Below, piece by piece: positions 23,922 through 37,791 of a DNA stretch of 63,454 nucleotides. The stretch's first letter is position 1. Every line of letters starts with the position of its first letter. Made by a program: the position numbers and the translations under genes. This stretch comes from Microthyrium microscopicum. Lineage: Eukaryota. The notes beneath the pieces were generated by a model that was not told the DNA's origin, made no database searches, and saw only the letters and a program-made list of their open reading frames with translations. Location: positions 248,001 to 311,454 of the forward strand of contig MU004231.1 of the NCBI GenBank assembly GCA_010405405.1, in the 5' to 3' direction.

Positions 23922-25937
23922 GATTTTGGCGGTAAGGATTGAATTAAGGTTGAAGTTGTCTTGAACTCAGGCCGCATATGTTGTGAGACCAGTCTAACAG
24001 ACGTTGCTGTCGCGGTTTATTACCATGTAATTGCTGGCATGCAGGTAGTCGTATTGCACAAAAACGGACAGTTTGCAAAGATTTCTGCAAGTCTCTATGG
24101 CTTCGATTGCAGTCCTGGGGTAGATTTACTTCTGACAAGATGGATATGGCTAGGGTGAAGCCAATTATCAAGCAGTTGATATGTGTGAGGATGTAGTATC
24201 AAAACACGAGATAGACGCTGCTCGATCCTTGAAATAGATCGTCGGAATAAGTATGTTCTGCGCTGTTACCGCAAAGTAGTGAAAGTATACCAAGCAATCC
24301 TTGTGACCGTCACACGAGTCTATCGTGAAAACACACGGTTCAGGTGGAGTGGATTCAAAGAAACATGCGCGCGAGTATTCGATAGTGGCAGAGGACCAAC
24401 TTGGCAAGATATTAGGCGAATTGTCCAGCCATTGTATACCTAAGTAAGCCAGTAGGCTGACATCCTCAAAATGGTCATTCGGCATGGCACCTTCACACCA
24501 AGAAGTATCTTTCCAAACGCAATTCACAGGTGCGCTTCCAATGAAAAAGTGACTCTTGGGCCCATTTACCGCTCCAACAATGTTCGTGCCGCACTCTCTG
24601 CACACGCTCTGCATGAGGGCACGCGAAATCAGGAAATTGATGGCCACAAACCAGAATGATGGGAGCTTTGCTGGCAGTGCAAAGCCAACCGCAGCCATCT
24701 GCGTTCTGCAGCATCCGGCGGTTGTGGGACGGCATGCCCAACCTTTGTGTTGCCCATGAGGACTCTAGCGAGTTCGCTTGATTCCACGGACAAATAGAGC
24801 GATGGCAAGGTGCATGAAACAAGCGCTTTCTTCAGATGCACATTGGAGAAGATGGGGCGAGGTGCAGAGAAGGCGGCTCTTATTGGGTTATGCAGCATGG
24901 AGGTGAAGTTGGGTCCAGGTTGAGGCAATTCGGATTGGCTACTAAATTTGGAGTAAACCACCAATGCCAATCGGGGAGAGTAGGTACATCACCTTTTTCA
25001 ATTCTCTCCGGCTGCTTTTTGAGGCTGACTATGACTGTTGCGATTTTATGATCATGTAAGAGTAGCCGAGTTGTCAGATCTCAAAATGTGCCACCCAAAG
25101 TGATTTTTGCCTACTACTGTACTTCAATTTATCATTCTGCATGCCAGAAAGCAAATACTTTTGAATATACCGGTACAGGAAGTGAATAGGAGGACAATCA
25201 TCACCAGCAACTTTGACTTGAGAGATGGTATTTGCTAGTCAAATGTCAGCCTACCCAAACTGACTGACACACTTGTGCCGATTCGATACAGATGCACAAC
25301 TGATGTATGGAAGGCTCAGAGTGCATAAAAGAACATGCGAGATGCAGAAGAGTTCATTCTCTGTCTAGTAAAATGCAGCTCCTCCCGAATCCGGAGACCT
25401 ACAACCCTTCCTTCCTCATTCGATTGCAGTAAGATGCGCATATCATCTTATGGTCGACAAAAAGCAAATTCAAACGAGACAGAAGATCCTATGCACATCG
25501 CACTGCTTCGGAATTCAGGCAAATTAGGAGAAGGGACGTTTGGCATTCGTGGACAGCGGACTGTTCGACGGCTTTCTCTTTTCCCCCCTCTTCTCGATCT
25601 GGCCAAGTGATGCGTGTGTAGGCGCCGATGGAGGTCCCATGAGGGTTCGATCAGCAACATTTTTGAGGGATATAAGAGACTCAACCGCAGCCTGTTCGGA
25701 AGCAATGAGAGGTTCTGCCGGATTACCCTCAAAGAGAGATGGCAGACACCAATCATCAAAGTTCAATTCCTGCTGTTCTTGAGAGGGCGATATGTGTTCT
25801 TCCGGCACACTTTTGAGACGTGAATTGCTCGTCATATGGGGGGTTTCTTTTGTTTTGCTGCTAAGTTCAGCCTGGCCAGCCGTTGAAGTATCGATAGAAA
25901 TTGAATTATTGGATGTTAGGTTAGAGCCGGGGTTCGT

Positions 25938-26981
25938 CTAAAACGCGCCTTGCGACATTGGATAGCCTGACATTGGCTGCTGGGAGCCTTGGGGCATATT
26001 TTGTTGTTGTCCCATCCTAGATTGCTGTTGCTGGTGATGCTGACTTTGGGGAAGATCGTTGAACCAAGGATGCCTCAAAGCATCGGCTGCAGAGATTCTG
26101 AGCTCCGGCCGTAACTGAAGCATACTGCTGAGGAGGTTCAGACCGATAGGATCGACCGAAGGTAGGATTAGCCGCAAGTCTTGGGTTGCAAAGACTTGGA
26201 AATTGGGCTTGTATTCTGGAAATTGGGATATGCCTGGCCAGCTTCTTTCGGATGGTGTTCCCATCAGTCGGAATATTCTTTGCAGCTGATCTTCATTGGT
26301 AGTGCCTGGAAAAAGTGGTCTGCCGGTATACATTTCTGCCATGATACATCCAGCACTCCAGATGTCAATACTGGTGTTGTACATTCTACTGCCTAATAGA
26401 ACGTCCGGAGCACGATACCATAGCGTTACGACTTCGTTACTGAATGTGTTGACCGGAATTCCGAATGCTCTTGCGAGGCCAAAATCTGCCAATTTTAGCT
26501 GACCCTTGGTATTGATCAGCAGGTTTTGGGGCTTAAGATCCCGATGAAGAACGCGATTTTCATGGCAGAATGCGATTCCGCGCAGGAGTTGGTACATAAA
26601 CGATTTGATGGTTCCAGGATCAAGAGCGCCTCTATCGCCTCGAGAGTCCATGTACTTCTTCAAGTCCTTGTCCATGAACTCAAACACCAGCATCAACTTG
26701 TTCTCGGTGTGGATGACATCAAACAAAGAGACAATATTTTCATGTTTCAACTCCTTCATAAGGGAAATTTCGCGAATGGCTGTACTCGGTGTGCCTTCTT
26801 CAGAATCGAGATGGATCTCTTTCAGCGCCACGAATTCACCAGTTTGGCGGTTTCGACCCTTGAAAACCTATGCCTAAATCAGTACTGAGCTGGTCGTTTA
26901 TCTGAGAAGGCTTACAGTGGCATAAGTACCCTCACCAAGCTTTTCAAGCTGCTGGAACGAGCTGGGGTGTTTCCTATCCAT
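25938..26981 (-). CDS. pho85: Cyclin-dependent kinase Pho85/PhoA (~331 aa); exons 26981-26916, 26867-25938
   Basis: [69 protein letters not shown]; 48-bp GT-AG intron. Confidence 0.96.
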
Positions 26982-28118
26982 TGTCGCGACGATGTTATTC
27001 CCAGCGTTAAGACCTTGAATGCTAGCCGAGGACGAGTGGTGTTCTATGAAGAAAGATCCAATGTATGCTATTCTTGGAAGGCTGGGAGGCTACGTGGAAG
27101 AGTTGGCTTCAAAAAATTGTGAGTCGTGTGGTGTGTAGAATACTATAGAGGCAAGCGTGGGGTGACTAGCTTTCCAGTGATTGTGATGTCGTACGAAGCG
27201 TATGGGGATTGTGCTGGGACGAAGTGGTGGTAAAGGGAGGAATAGTAACGGGGCTCTCTGCTCTATCAGAACGAGGCTGTGAAGTAAGCTTGACGAGTGA
27301 GGATCGTAATAGTGACCGAATGATTCAGTAGAAAGTAAAGGTAGTGATCTGAAGAAAGTGTAACTCTGAGTCAATCTTCAGGGAAAGGCGTTGATGTCGG
27401 CGGTTCCAGATGATACAGGCGCCAGTGAGGGGCAACTACCAAATTGAGATAGAAGCGGCAACCAATTAAAACTTTGCATTTTAAGCCTTTCGGTTACTGC
27501 ATCCGATCTGAGAGCCGAAGAAGTTGGCGTTCGGGCCGAACATGTAATTCCCAACCTCCTCTCTTTTGACCCTCAATCTTCTCACCAGGTTGCTTTGTCC
27601 AAGGAATTCCTTAAACCCACGAGAACGTGTTGCTACATCCACGATCTATGCTGATCATGTCGTAGGGTCTTCACAGTGTCTACGCGGTGTCTACACGGCC
27701 TATCCATCTACCTACCTAAACTAGGTAAAACTAAATAGCTTGTACTTGAGATTTGCCATAACAAGTGGTCAAAATTTGGCATACGGTGTTAGTACAAATT
27801 CTTCCTCTTGGAGTCCCCTCATAAGTTTGGTGGAACAAATTGCTACTTTGCTAAGGTCTTGGCCTCATGCAGGCGGGTTGGCGGTGAATCATTCGACCAT
27901 TTTAAACCCAACGATGAAGAAGCTGACCGCATCTCTAATTATGGGTCCAAAGCTACTCCGCAAAGCGTACTCTGTCAGGCCTTTTGGCTGCAGAAAGGCT
28001 AATCGTGGGACTGATATACAGCTGCACGTACCAAAATTCTCCGACTCGTTCATTTCTGCATCTTACCATCTCCCTATATCATTGTGTCGACTCAACTTAT
28101 CGCCATCTCCATACCATC

Positions 28119-29489
28119 ATGAGCACTCATCTCAGTCAACTCGCCCAGCTGGCAGCAGAAATCTCAAAATCTGCCAAGCAGCTGGATGAATACTTGACCA
28201 CCAACAATCTACCCCAACCCAGCTTTGAGATCGATGCTCCTGTGAACTATGACTATATCGTAGACCCCGAAGCTCGACAAGCACAACTGTCTCTGGCAAA
28301 TGCTGGCAGAAAGCTGTTTTTACTCATGCAGTCTCCTACCGAGTCTTTCAAGTTCAATGTTATGACGACTATCCATACCATGGGCGCTCTTCAAGCTTTG
28401 GGCCAATTCAACGTCACCGAGAAAGTTCCATTCGACAAGGCAATATCATACGATGAACTAGCTTCCAAGACTGGCCTAGGTCTTGATATGCTGACTAGAT
28501 GCGTACGAATGGCGAGCACCAGCTGTATATTTCAGGAGAAGACTCCAGGGTATGTCAGTCATACAGCTATGTCTAAGCTGTTGGCTACGGAAGAAAGCAC
28601 GCAGGTAGGCATGGCAAGCGATGCTGTCTGGTAGTTTGATCTGATGCTGCCATAGGCATTCATCACAATTGCTGCCACTGAGGCGCTTCCGTCTATTGCC
28701 AAAATTGCAGAAGCACTTAAATCTTCACCTGAAGGACAAGTCGCTCCATTCGACTTGGCTTTTGGCATGCCCTTCTTTGAGCATAAGAAAAAGAACCCGG
28801 CCAAGAGCGCAGTGTTTGCCAAAGTGATGGCTGGCACCAAAAAGCAGAATCGCGGTCAAGAAGTTGTCGACGTCTTTGATTGGGATCGTTTCACTGGACT
28901 ACTAGTTGACGTATGTTATAATTGAATTGACATTGGTTCGATCACTGACTAGAGTATCAATTAGGTCGGAGGAAGCGTTGGTCATCTCGACGCCGCCCTG
29001 GCCAAGCAGAATCCTCAGCTAAATTTCCTGACTGAAGATCTTCCGCAACTGAAAGAACAAGCAGAGAGCTATATTCAAGCTGACGGTCTCTCCTCGCAAA
29101 TCTCGTTTATTGCCCATGACTTCTTCACGCCGCAGCCTGAGCAGGCTAAAGGAGCAAATGTCTATCTACTAAGTCATGTAATCCACGATTGGCCAGATCA
29201 GAAATGTGAAGAGATTTTGCGACACGTCGTCAAGTCCATGGCACCAGACAGTAGCCTCATACTGGTAGAAGCTTTACTCCCCGAGCCAGGCCAGCTGGAC
29301 GACTACTCAGAGGCTATCATAAGAGCACATGATATGGGCATGTTTAATTATCTGAAAGCTAAGCAGCGGTCAGCAAAGGATCTGGAAAAGTTGATGAAAC
29401 TGGTCGATGAACGCCTGAAGATCGTGAAGATTGTGGGACCTCCGACGACTAGAATGAATAGCGTAGTAGAATTTGCGTTTCGGAGCTAA
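28119..29489 (+). CDS. SAM-dependent O-methyltransferase (Methyltransf_2 type, ~421 aa); exons 28119-28604, 28656-28910, 28965-29489
   Basis: N-terminal LPQPSF motif and winged-helix dimerisation region, LVD|VGGSVGH SAM motif, HDFFTPQP, VIHDWPD; two GT-AG introns in frame. Confidence 0.92.
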
Positions 29490-29586
29490 ATCTCCACAAG
29501 ATACGTATAATTGGTTCATTCAATTAGAAAGTCTTCAAACTCGTAGTCAGTATACCGCCTAGCACTGATGCACCAAGGTACCCGGA

Positions 29587-32500
29587 TCATTCTTCTTTCC
29601 TTTCAAACATCTTGAGCACATCTGTATTGCCACATGCTGCAGCAATGTCCAGCGGGGTTTGCCTCCTAACATCCTCCAAGGTTGAATCCAAACCCTTGCT
29701 CAAGAGCGCTTCAAACCAGCCCACTCGATCTTTGCTTCGTGCAGTAATATGTAGCAGTGACCGTCCATCGTTGTCCGTCGCAGCTAAGTTAGCTCCAGCA
29801 TCTTGCAGTCTTGTCAAGACATCCACCTCACTGAATTCTCTGAAATCGCGTTGCATCACGCTATCCTGATAGGATCTACCAGACCAGAATATTTTGAAGA
29901 TTGGGGTCTGGCCAGAACTGTCACGGGCGTTGATATCCAAGCCTCGACTGAGGAGGTCATAGAAAACCTCAACGACGGGAGGATACGACGGAAGACGTGC
30001 AGCGAGATGCAGGGCAGTAGTTCCTTTGTTACTAGGCACGCGTGGATCTGCTCCTGCTGACAGTAGACTTTGAAGTGCCACGATGTTGAGCTCATTATAG
30101 AACTGGTAACCATAGAACTGGAGACCAGTTGCGCGGTCTAGGGCGTAGAAAAAGGGCGTCTTTCCTTCAAAGTCGCGATGATGAATGACTTCTGGATGAC
30201 TTTTGATGAGCTGGGCCATTGAGTTGCCAATGTCAGGTTTTTTGCCCGAGTTGGTGCGGTACTGGAGCATATGGTGCAGAGCGTTTCTACCATCATAGTC
30301 GCGGGCTGTCGGGTTCGCACCAAGCGCAAGTAGCTGATTGAAAATGGACGGCCTAGACGCTTTGCCGATGTGTTTTATATAGGCATCTGGACCGTCGGGG
30401 CTGCTGCAAGCTGCATGTAGGAGTGTTCGGCCTTTTCCATCGCGAATCTCGGTATCGAGGTCTGGAAAATCCAAGATGGGACCAACGACATCACTTCCCA
30501 TTAGGAGCTCGTGTAGAACACAACGAGACTCGGAGACCATTCGCAAGCCTGATTCTGAAAGGTATTTCTCGGTGTCTTCTTTGCTTTTGAGCCTTTCCAT
30601 CTGTTGAGATTTCAAGTTTTCTACCATGTGCAAGTGCCTAGGAATCAACGGCTCACTACTTTGTTGTTCAAAGGTAATCTCTTCCCATTTGGCAAAAGGG
30701 TCGGCCCCGTGGCGCAATAACAGCTCAACCATCTCGACGCTTGCCTCCTTGGCAGCTACCTGGTCTTCAAGCATGCTCGCTGGAGACAATACATGTGCTT
30801 TCGCAGCACACACTAATGGATACGATCCATAGACCTTGTTGAGGCTTTCGGACAGATTCTCCATTTCGCTGATTTGATAGTCTTTCTTTTCTCTGATATT
30901 TGGATCAATACCGCTTGATAAGAGAGTTTCAAGCGCAGCTACATTTGCGCTCTTGATAGCTCCATATAGAGCATCTGTTGTTACCGAAGCGCCCTTTGAA
31001 ATCAAGAGACGAATTATCTCAATATCATCGCCAGCAGATCCAAGACAGGTATTTCCATCATTATCAACAGCATTGACATTGCTTCCAGCAAGAATTAGTG
31101 AACGGGCAGCTTCTCGCTGATATGGGCCAACAGAGCAATCGGCAGCTCCCAGTGCTCGAAGCAATGGAGTCTGACCATGCGAATTTCGAGCCTCCAAGTT
31201 TGCTCCATGAGCTATCAAGTATGGAAGTGCAAGCGAAACTTGCCACCAGTGACTCCCTTGCGCCACGATCATGAGCGCGTTGTTACCAGTGAACCATCTC
31301 CACTGCTTGTTAATCCGGGTCTTGGTCATACCCGGATCGTCTATGTCAACGTGAAACTTTTCCACAAGGAGGCGCACTATCGCCATATTTGGCTCCGATC
31401 GGCCAACGGCTTGGATCAAAAATGGCGTCCATGGCCAAAACCTTTGTTCGGGGCCGTCTGGTGTGATCTGACTTCAGTTAGCATCATTACGACTTAGGGA
31501 GTGAATGGGGGTATGGTTTTGTGGTAGCAAAATCTTGTACATCAGTGAACACAATACGACACAAGACATCAATGTGTAAGGCCAGAGTCGACTTGTGATG
31601 CGATGGAAGCCATCGAGTGTTTTGGTACCATCCGAGGGCTTTTATACACTGGGGAATTCTTACCGCTTCTTTATGGAAATTTAACCCTGCTTTCTTCTCA
31701 TTGCCTGCAGCATGCCAGAGGCCATCTTTCAGCTTCGCCTCAGCTTCGAGAGTTCCGAGTTTTTCAAATAGAGAAGCGAAGCCAAATTTGACCAGAACCT
31801 CAAGATTTGCTTCGCCAAAACTCCGGCCAGAGCCACAGCTTTCCCTCGCGAGAAAGTCCACACCCAAGTGGAAAAGGCTCTCTACGGTATCGAACTCTCT
31901 TCGGACCAAGAGTAAGCTGAACAAGTCTGAATTGGCTTGACCACGCTTGATGTGGTCAAAGCTAACCAAAGCTTTGGGGCTGACCTGCTTGAAAAGCATC
32001 AATGACTCCAACAACTCATTGCTTATACTGCCACCCAAGTTTCCTGACACAGCCAATTGGTGATTATTCATGTTCAAAAGTAGAGTGGCCGTATAATCGT
32101 TACCCATCGAAAATTCTGCAAAAGTACTGATATAGCGGTCAGAAAGACCTGGCATGGAGGCGTCACTTTTGATTTTGAGTATATCCGGGCGTCTTTTAAG
32201 CAACATTTCGATGATTTCTTCCATCCTAGGGGTAAAAAATCTTGTATTAACACGGGTTGATCCACTTCCAAAAGACAGCGCAGCTGACGCGTTGAGCCTC
32301 GGTCGCGAGCTATCCTTGAGCTTGACACTAGCATCGCGATATGCTTTAATGTCTGCTGGGTGTCGCTGTTGACTCCAAAGTCGATGTTCGACCTCAAAGT
32401 CAAGACAGGCGCGAAGTGTGGAGGCACCGTTTAACTTTGCCCCTGCTTGCAGCAGAAGATAGACGCTCTCTGATATTCCTGATCGACAAGCGTAGTCAAG

Positions 32501-35500
32501 AGCAGTATACTTGTCGTAATCGCGATCATTAAGAGTATCGACTAACGTGTTCCATTCAGTGTCAGCCCAGAGGTCTGGAGATAAGTATTTGCTGGTTTTA
32601 AACTTAGAAGATGGGGTATGTTGGCTGCTGACATTTCTCATTCGTAGAGATTCAAGTAGGAGTCCAATGATATTGCTCTGCCTCGATCTCGCGGCCAACA
32701 TCAAAGGAGTCATGCCCTCAAAAGTTGCGATGGTTGGGTCAGCTCCCAAGTCGAGTAGTAGTTTTGTTGTGGTTTCTGACACTGTCACAGCAAGGTGGAG
32801 AGGCGTAACGCCATCTCCGTCCTGCACGTCAAGGCATGTGGTAGCTCCCAGAATGACATCAATCTCATACACTTGTCTTGATTTTCGTGATCTGTCCCAA
32901 TTAATGGCAGACAAAGTGTGCAACGGCACCCTTCCATTGTTATTCTTCTGCATTGGGTCGATGCCTAGAAACAGCAGTCGTTTCCAAAGCACTAAATCAG
33001 CATCGACTCTTGAAGCGAGTTCATGAAGAAGATTATTGCCCTTGTGATCAACTTCGTGAATATCTAATCCCTGGCTAAGACAGAAATTCAGGCTGAGTGG
33101 CCCTGATGTAAGTGTTACATGTGAGCTAAATCTGTCATAAGATCCAATAGCTTGATGACAGAGTGTGCGACCATCCAAGTCGCGTGTGCCGGTTGATGCT
33201 CCTTTGTCTATCAGAAACTTGAGAATATCGCTGGTATCGCCAGATGACTTGGGCGACATAGCACGGAACAATAGCGTGGCACCTGTCCCGTCTTTGGCGT
33301 TGATATCTGCTCCGTATTCCAGTAAGACTTCCATCTTGTCGGCCAGGTCTGTGGTTCGAAGGTTCATAACATGCAACGGAGCCTCTCCCTTATGATTCCT
33401 CGAATTGGGATCAGCTCCATTTTCCAGAAAAGTTTTCATTATTGCAACACTGCAGTTCCACCGTGCCAGACAGATATGTAACGGACTAGATCCCAGATTA
33501 TTAGTTAGACTATAATCAGGACCGTATTCCATGAGTTTCAGAATTGGGTCATCGTGTGGGTTTTCCAACATAGCTAAAAGCGGTGTGTTGCCGTCCTTGC
33601 GGCGCTTATCGATATTGGCTTTGCCATTTTCGATCAAGACGGCCAAGCAGTCCGGAGAAGCCTTGAAAATTGGAGTGGAACCTTCATCATCTTCACAGTC
33701 TGCATCAGCTCCTGCCCTAAGCAGTAATTCAACCGCAAGAGGATTTTGGACGGCGATGTGTAGTGGCGTTTCACCTAGCTTGTTGCGTTGACTAATATTG
33801 GCTCCAGCCTCCAGAAGCGATGCGAATATATCTTGGAAGTCGGTCGAATCTATCGCAGGCGGTCTACGCCTTCCACTACCCCCGACTTGATTTTCTTTCC
33901 GCAGCGGCGGTAAACGACAAAATGCTGCGAGTGCGGTGAAGCCTCTACCATTTGAAAAAGGCACATGGCGATCATATCCTTGGAATCCATGAAACTCGTT
34001 GTCTTGTTCAACTTCGCAGATGATAGTAGGGTCTGCGCCATTTGCCAAAAATAACTTCATGATATCAACGCGTCCAGCCGCACACGCGCTCAACAATGGC
34101 GTGGTATCTCTGACTTTTGTATTCAGATCGAGTCCTGGATAGTGCAGAATCCTGGATACAATTTTGGTTTGGCCCCTCTCCACCGCCCACATCAATGCCC
34201 GATAGGCCACACTGACAGTTCTGATGTGTGGAAGAAATACTGCGACTGTTTCGTCATGGCCATTTTGGCATGCGTACATCAAAGGAGTATGACCTGCACT
34301 TGTTGACGCGTTTCCACAATGTCTACCTGGATTTTCCTTTGATTTGGGTACTAATGGGTCTAAGCGGACGCGGTTAGCTCAGTGACCACAATGCCTTGCC
34401 ATCATTTTCAAATAGTGAAAAAACTTTCCGGTTTCAAATGTGCAGAGAAATCAATACTCCATAGCATAATGGTACTAAAAGTATCTGCTCTTCGTCAAAG
34501 AGTGGTAGTCTGGCTAGTTGAAAGGGAGTATGCCACTTCGTGTACAACGGACTGAGAAAACTGAAACGGACAATTACTTACCAACTCCGGCCTCGAGAAG
34601 AACGGCGGCGACAGCAAAATGGTTATCAGAAGCGGCTTTGTGCATTGGCGTTAGGCCCTGCATCTTGTCCTCATGATTTGGCTTCGCTCCGGCGGTAATG
34701 AGCAAGCGAACGATCTGTGCATGTCCATTTGATGCCGCCCACCACAATGGAGTCTTTCCTTCGGCATTATCACACGCATCAACGATCAGAGAATCTAGGC
34801 TCAGGAGTCTTTTGGTGTAGCTTATAAGTCCAGTGCTTGCAGCGATTTGCAGATCTGTGACATGGCCAAGGACTTTTCTTCTGGCTGGCCAAGTCCAGGA
34901 AAGCCAGAAACTGACCAGAGCCTTATCTCGGAGAAAGGTAGCGACTGAAGTGTTTAACTTGCTCTGGTCGTGACCAGCGACTTCGGATTTGGCGATATGA
35001 ACGTTCCAGGTTGTAGCGGCGTACGCAAGAAATGGATACCGTAGCCTCATTCGAATCTTTGATTGCTTTGATAGCGCGAACACACTGCTAAAGTCATACT
35101 CTGAGTCAGTATCGAATTGGCAGTCCGCTTCATCTTCGCTTTGAACGCTTGGACACTTCACAGCTGCGATGTATTTCAGGCATGTAGTTGCAAGATTTGC
35201 ATGTGTCGGTCCAGCATATAGTACAGGATAGCCAGTGTTAATGCTTGTTCTCGTAGAGCCATTAAGGTACTCAGTAAAAGAATGGTGCACAACGCAGATT
35301 GTCTCATCTGGGAGAATTTCCAAGAGCGGACCACAGGCGACTCGAACGAGATTTTTTGCAGCGTTAAGATCACGCTCGGCTGCGGAGAAGTAAATGCTGT
35401 TTAGCATTTCTGCTATTTCGATTAATCTCAAAGGACGTGTTGCATGTGTAACCCATTGGAGTATCAACAGCTGTGTTTTCTGTGGCAGGCCTGATCTACG

Positions 35501-36487
35501 AGCATGCTCTCGCAACAAGTTTTCGTACACTGCATTGAGGTCAATGGGCAGAGTTGCGAGTACTTCTTTGGTGTCTGCTCCTGGCTCCAGGAATGCTTCC
35601 ATAGCAAGCTTGGCGTAAAGGAAAAGCCCATTGGCTCGTCCGGGGATGGCCTCTTTGATCAATTTTCGATCATCAATGGCAATACTTGAAAATTCTAGAT
35701 GATGTTGAACATAATTTCCTATGTCGACATCAACAAGTCTTTCAGTAAGCCGAATGTGCAGGCACTTGGTGGCTTTGAGTGGCACCTCTACCTTGGGTAC
35801 AGGCCGACTGGTAATCAAGACTTTTACTTTATGTGGCTTCCAGTGGCCCAGCTCAGATAACGCACGAAGAAATTCGTCGTTCCCTTGATCCATCTCATCC
35901 AAAGCGTCGGCAACACAGAAGACTTTGTCAGGTAACCCAAGAAACGCCATACGCAAATCTCGCCAAAGGTCGTCCATAGACATGCTATCGATTGACCGTT
36001 TCGTTTCGACATATTTAATCAGCCGCAATTGCAAAGGAGGACTATAATCGAGTATTTGATCCATCCAGTCGCGTAACAGTGAAGCAGGTTTGTGATTTGC
36101 ATCAATAATTTGGCGGAAGAAGAAATAGAGGACTGGTATTCCTTTCTGCGCTCGAGAAATTTCAGCAATCAATTTGGAAGCTATCACAGATTTCCCCGAG
36201 CCCGGTACGCCTTTGATCCAAAGCATGCCCTGCTCTTGGCCGTCCCGCCAGGTTTGGTACTGATTGCTGTTGGTGATCCAGTCGCCAGTGCCGGCAAAGT
36301 GAGTTGCCAAATGCTTTCGATATTCACCATTGTCCAGGCCGTAGGAAGTTGGCTGTAGCCAGTTTCGAATGCTTTGTAGATCTTCTGATGATTGAGGAAG
36401 TATCTGCTCTGGATTGTAGTTACCGACATCGTCGCGATCAATTACAACCGCATCATTGTCGCTCGAGCTTGATGAGATGGTTGACAT
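29587..36487 (-). CDS. NACHT-ankyrin NLR-like protein (~2160 aa); exons 36487-34582, 34359-31664, 31467-29587
   Basis: Walker A GVPGSGKS, YFFF, Walker B VADALDE, VLITSRP, HHSFTEYL, then many GxTPLH/L ankyrin repeats. Introns 34581-34360 and 31663-31468 (GTAAG..GCTAAC..AG) join the three long ORFs in frame. Confidence 0.9.
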
Positions 36488-37791
36488 ATTGATCTCTAAT
36501 ATAACAAGTGAATCGAAGTATCGAAGAATCAAAATATGATTCCCAAGGAGCTCGATTGTCCCAACTTTGAGGCGTAGGGATGGCAATGGGCCGGCGAATG
36601 ATGACTCTTGAAATGCACCCACTTGCATGTTGCACCAAGGCACCAGTGCTGAAGGATCAAGATCCCGCATCTGCCTAGCTGCGCAACCAGTACGTACCAA
36701 ATATGGCAACGAATAGACCCGTCTTTGAGTGGTTGCCGCAAACATTATTTGACCCGAGACCAGCATCAGTCTGGCTCTGGCATGTCTGCTCAACCTTTAA
36801 CCCATCTTACCCAGGCTCTTTCTCGCCGCACAGTCGTCTGCACAACCATGCGTGAAAACATAGTGAATCTGCACAACGGCTGGTTATTAGACAAGATAAT
36901 TGCCGTGCTGTCTCTTGCTTCTTGACTTGCTGCCATGCTGGACTTCTAATTCCAACCTAGATTGCATCTTGGTGATCGTAGGTACTTACCCGGTGCACTG
37001 GATCCATACATATCCATTGAAGCCAGTGAAAACGCTTGCTAGAGAATCCGATTCAATGAGAATCGTCGGTATTTCTGCTTTGACTTTGGAGTTGGCGGGT
37101 GGGAGAAACGCAACGCGTGCTGACATCGAGATTGTTGGATGTGGCCCATCTTATCTGATTAGATCCGATCTGTCACGAAACTCCTCCATCAATTTGAGTT
37201 TTGTTCAACTACCAACACGATTTCTTCAACCTCGAGGCTCTCATCACAAAAGAAGACGATACTCCTCATCCTCATCAAAAGCTAGAGGCTCTTCATGCTC
37301 TTGCTTCGAAATTCTTCAATTATAAGTAGCGTCTGAGGTTAGCATGTAATACCCCAGCGTACCTTCATCTAAACCGCGGCTCTTAAGTTGTCAAGCTTCA
37401 ACTCCTTATGGACTTCCTTGGCCTGTCGACTAGTCAGCTTGCGAAGACCAACATTCATGACTTGTCAGAGGATTAGGGACGTCTTGTTCACCTCTTGTCA
37501 ATCATTTCTGGCCACACCCTGATCCATGTTGTTCTGTCCGATTTGGACCATGTAGGACGATGTTGCATCTATTTTTTGTGGTACACTGTCAAATATGTGC
37601 AGGAAGGGGAGTTATGAATGGTATTATGTGGAAGACTGAACTAAATGTGTCAATTGAAAGAAGCGTAGAGATTGACTTATTGCACAACCACTTTATGATT
37701 CTACACCTTGAATATACTCGCGATTCCATGGATAAACAGTAACTAGCAACCAAAGTGTGCTTCCTCCGTCAGATATTGAGTTTGATAGATC

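Noticed and set aside
24168..25051. Overlapping 60-176-aa ORFs upstream of the GPCR
   Set aside because: No domain signal or coherent exon structure; probably promoter or intergenic DNA.
31487..34573. Apparent breaks between the three NLR ORFs as pseudogenisation
   Set aside because: Both breaks are explained by canonical in-frame introns.
36488..37742. Open frame upstream of the NLR ATG (to 36793) and ORF 36900-37325 as an effector domain or partner gene
   Set aside because: Translation does not resemble HeLo, HET or other effector domains, and no spliced model could be built.
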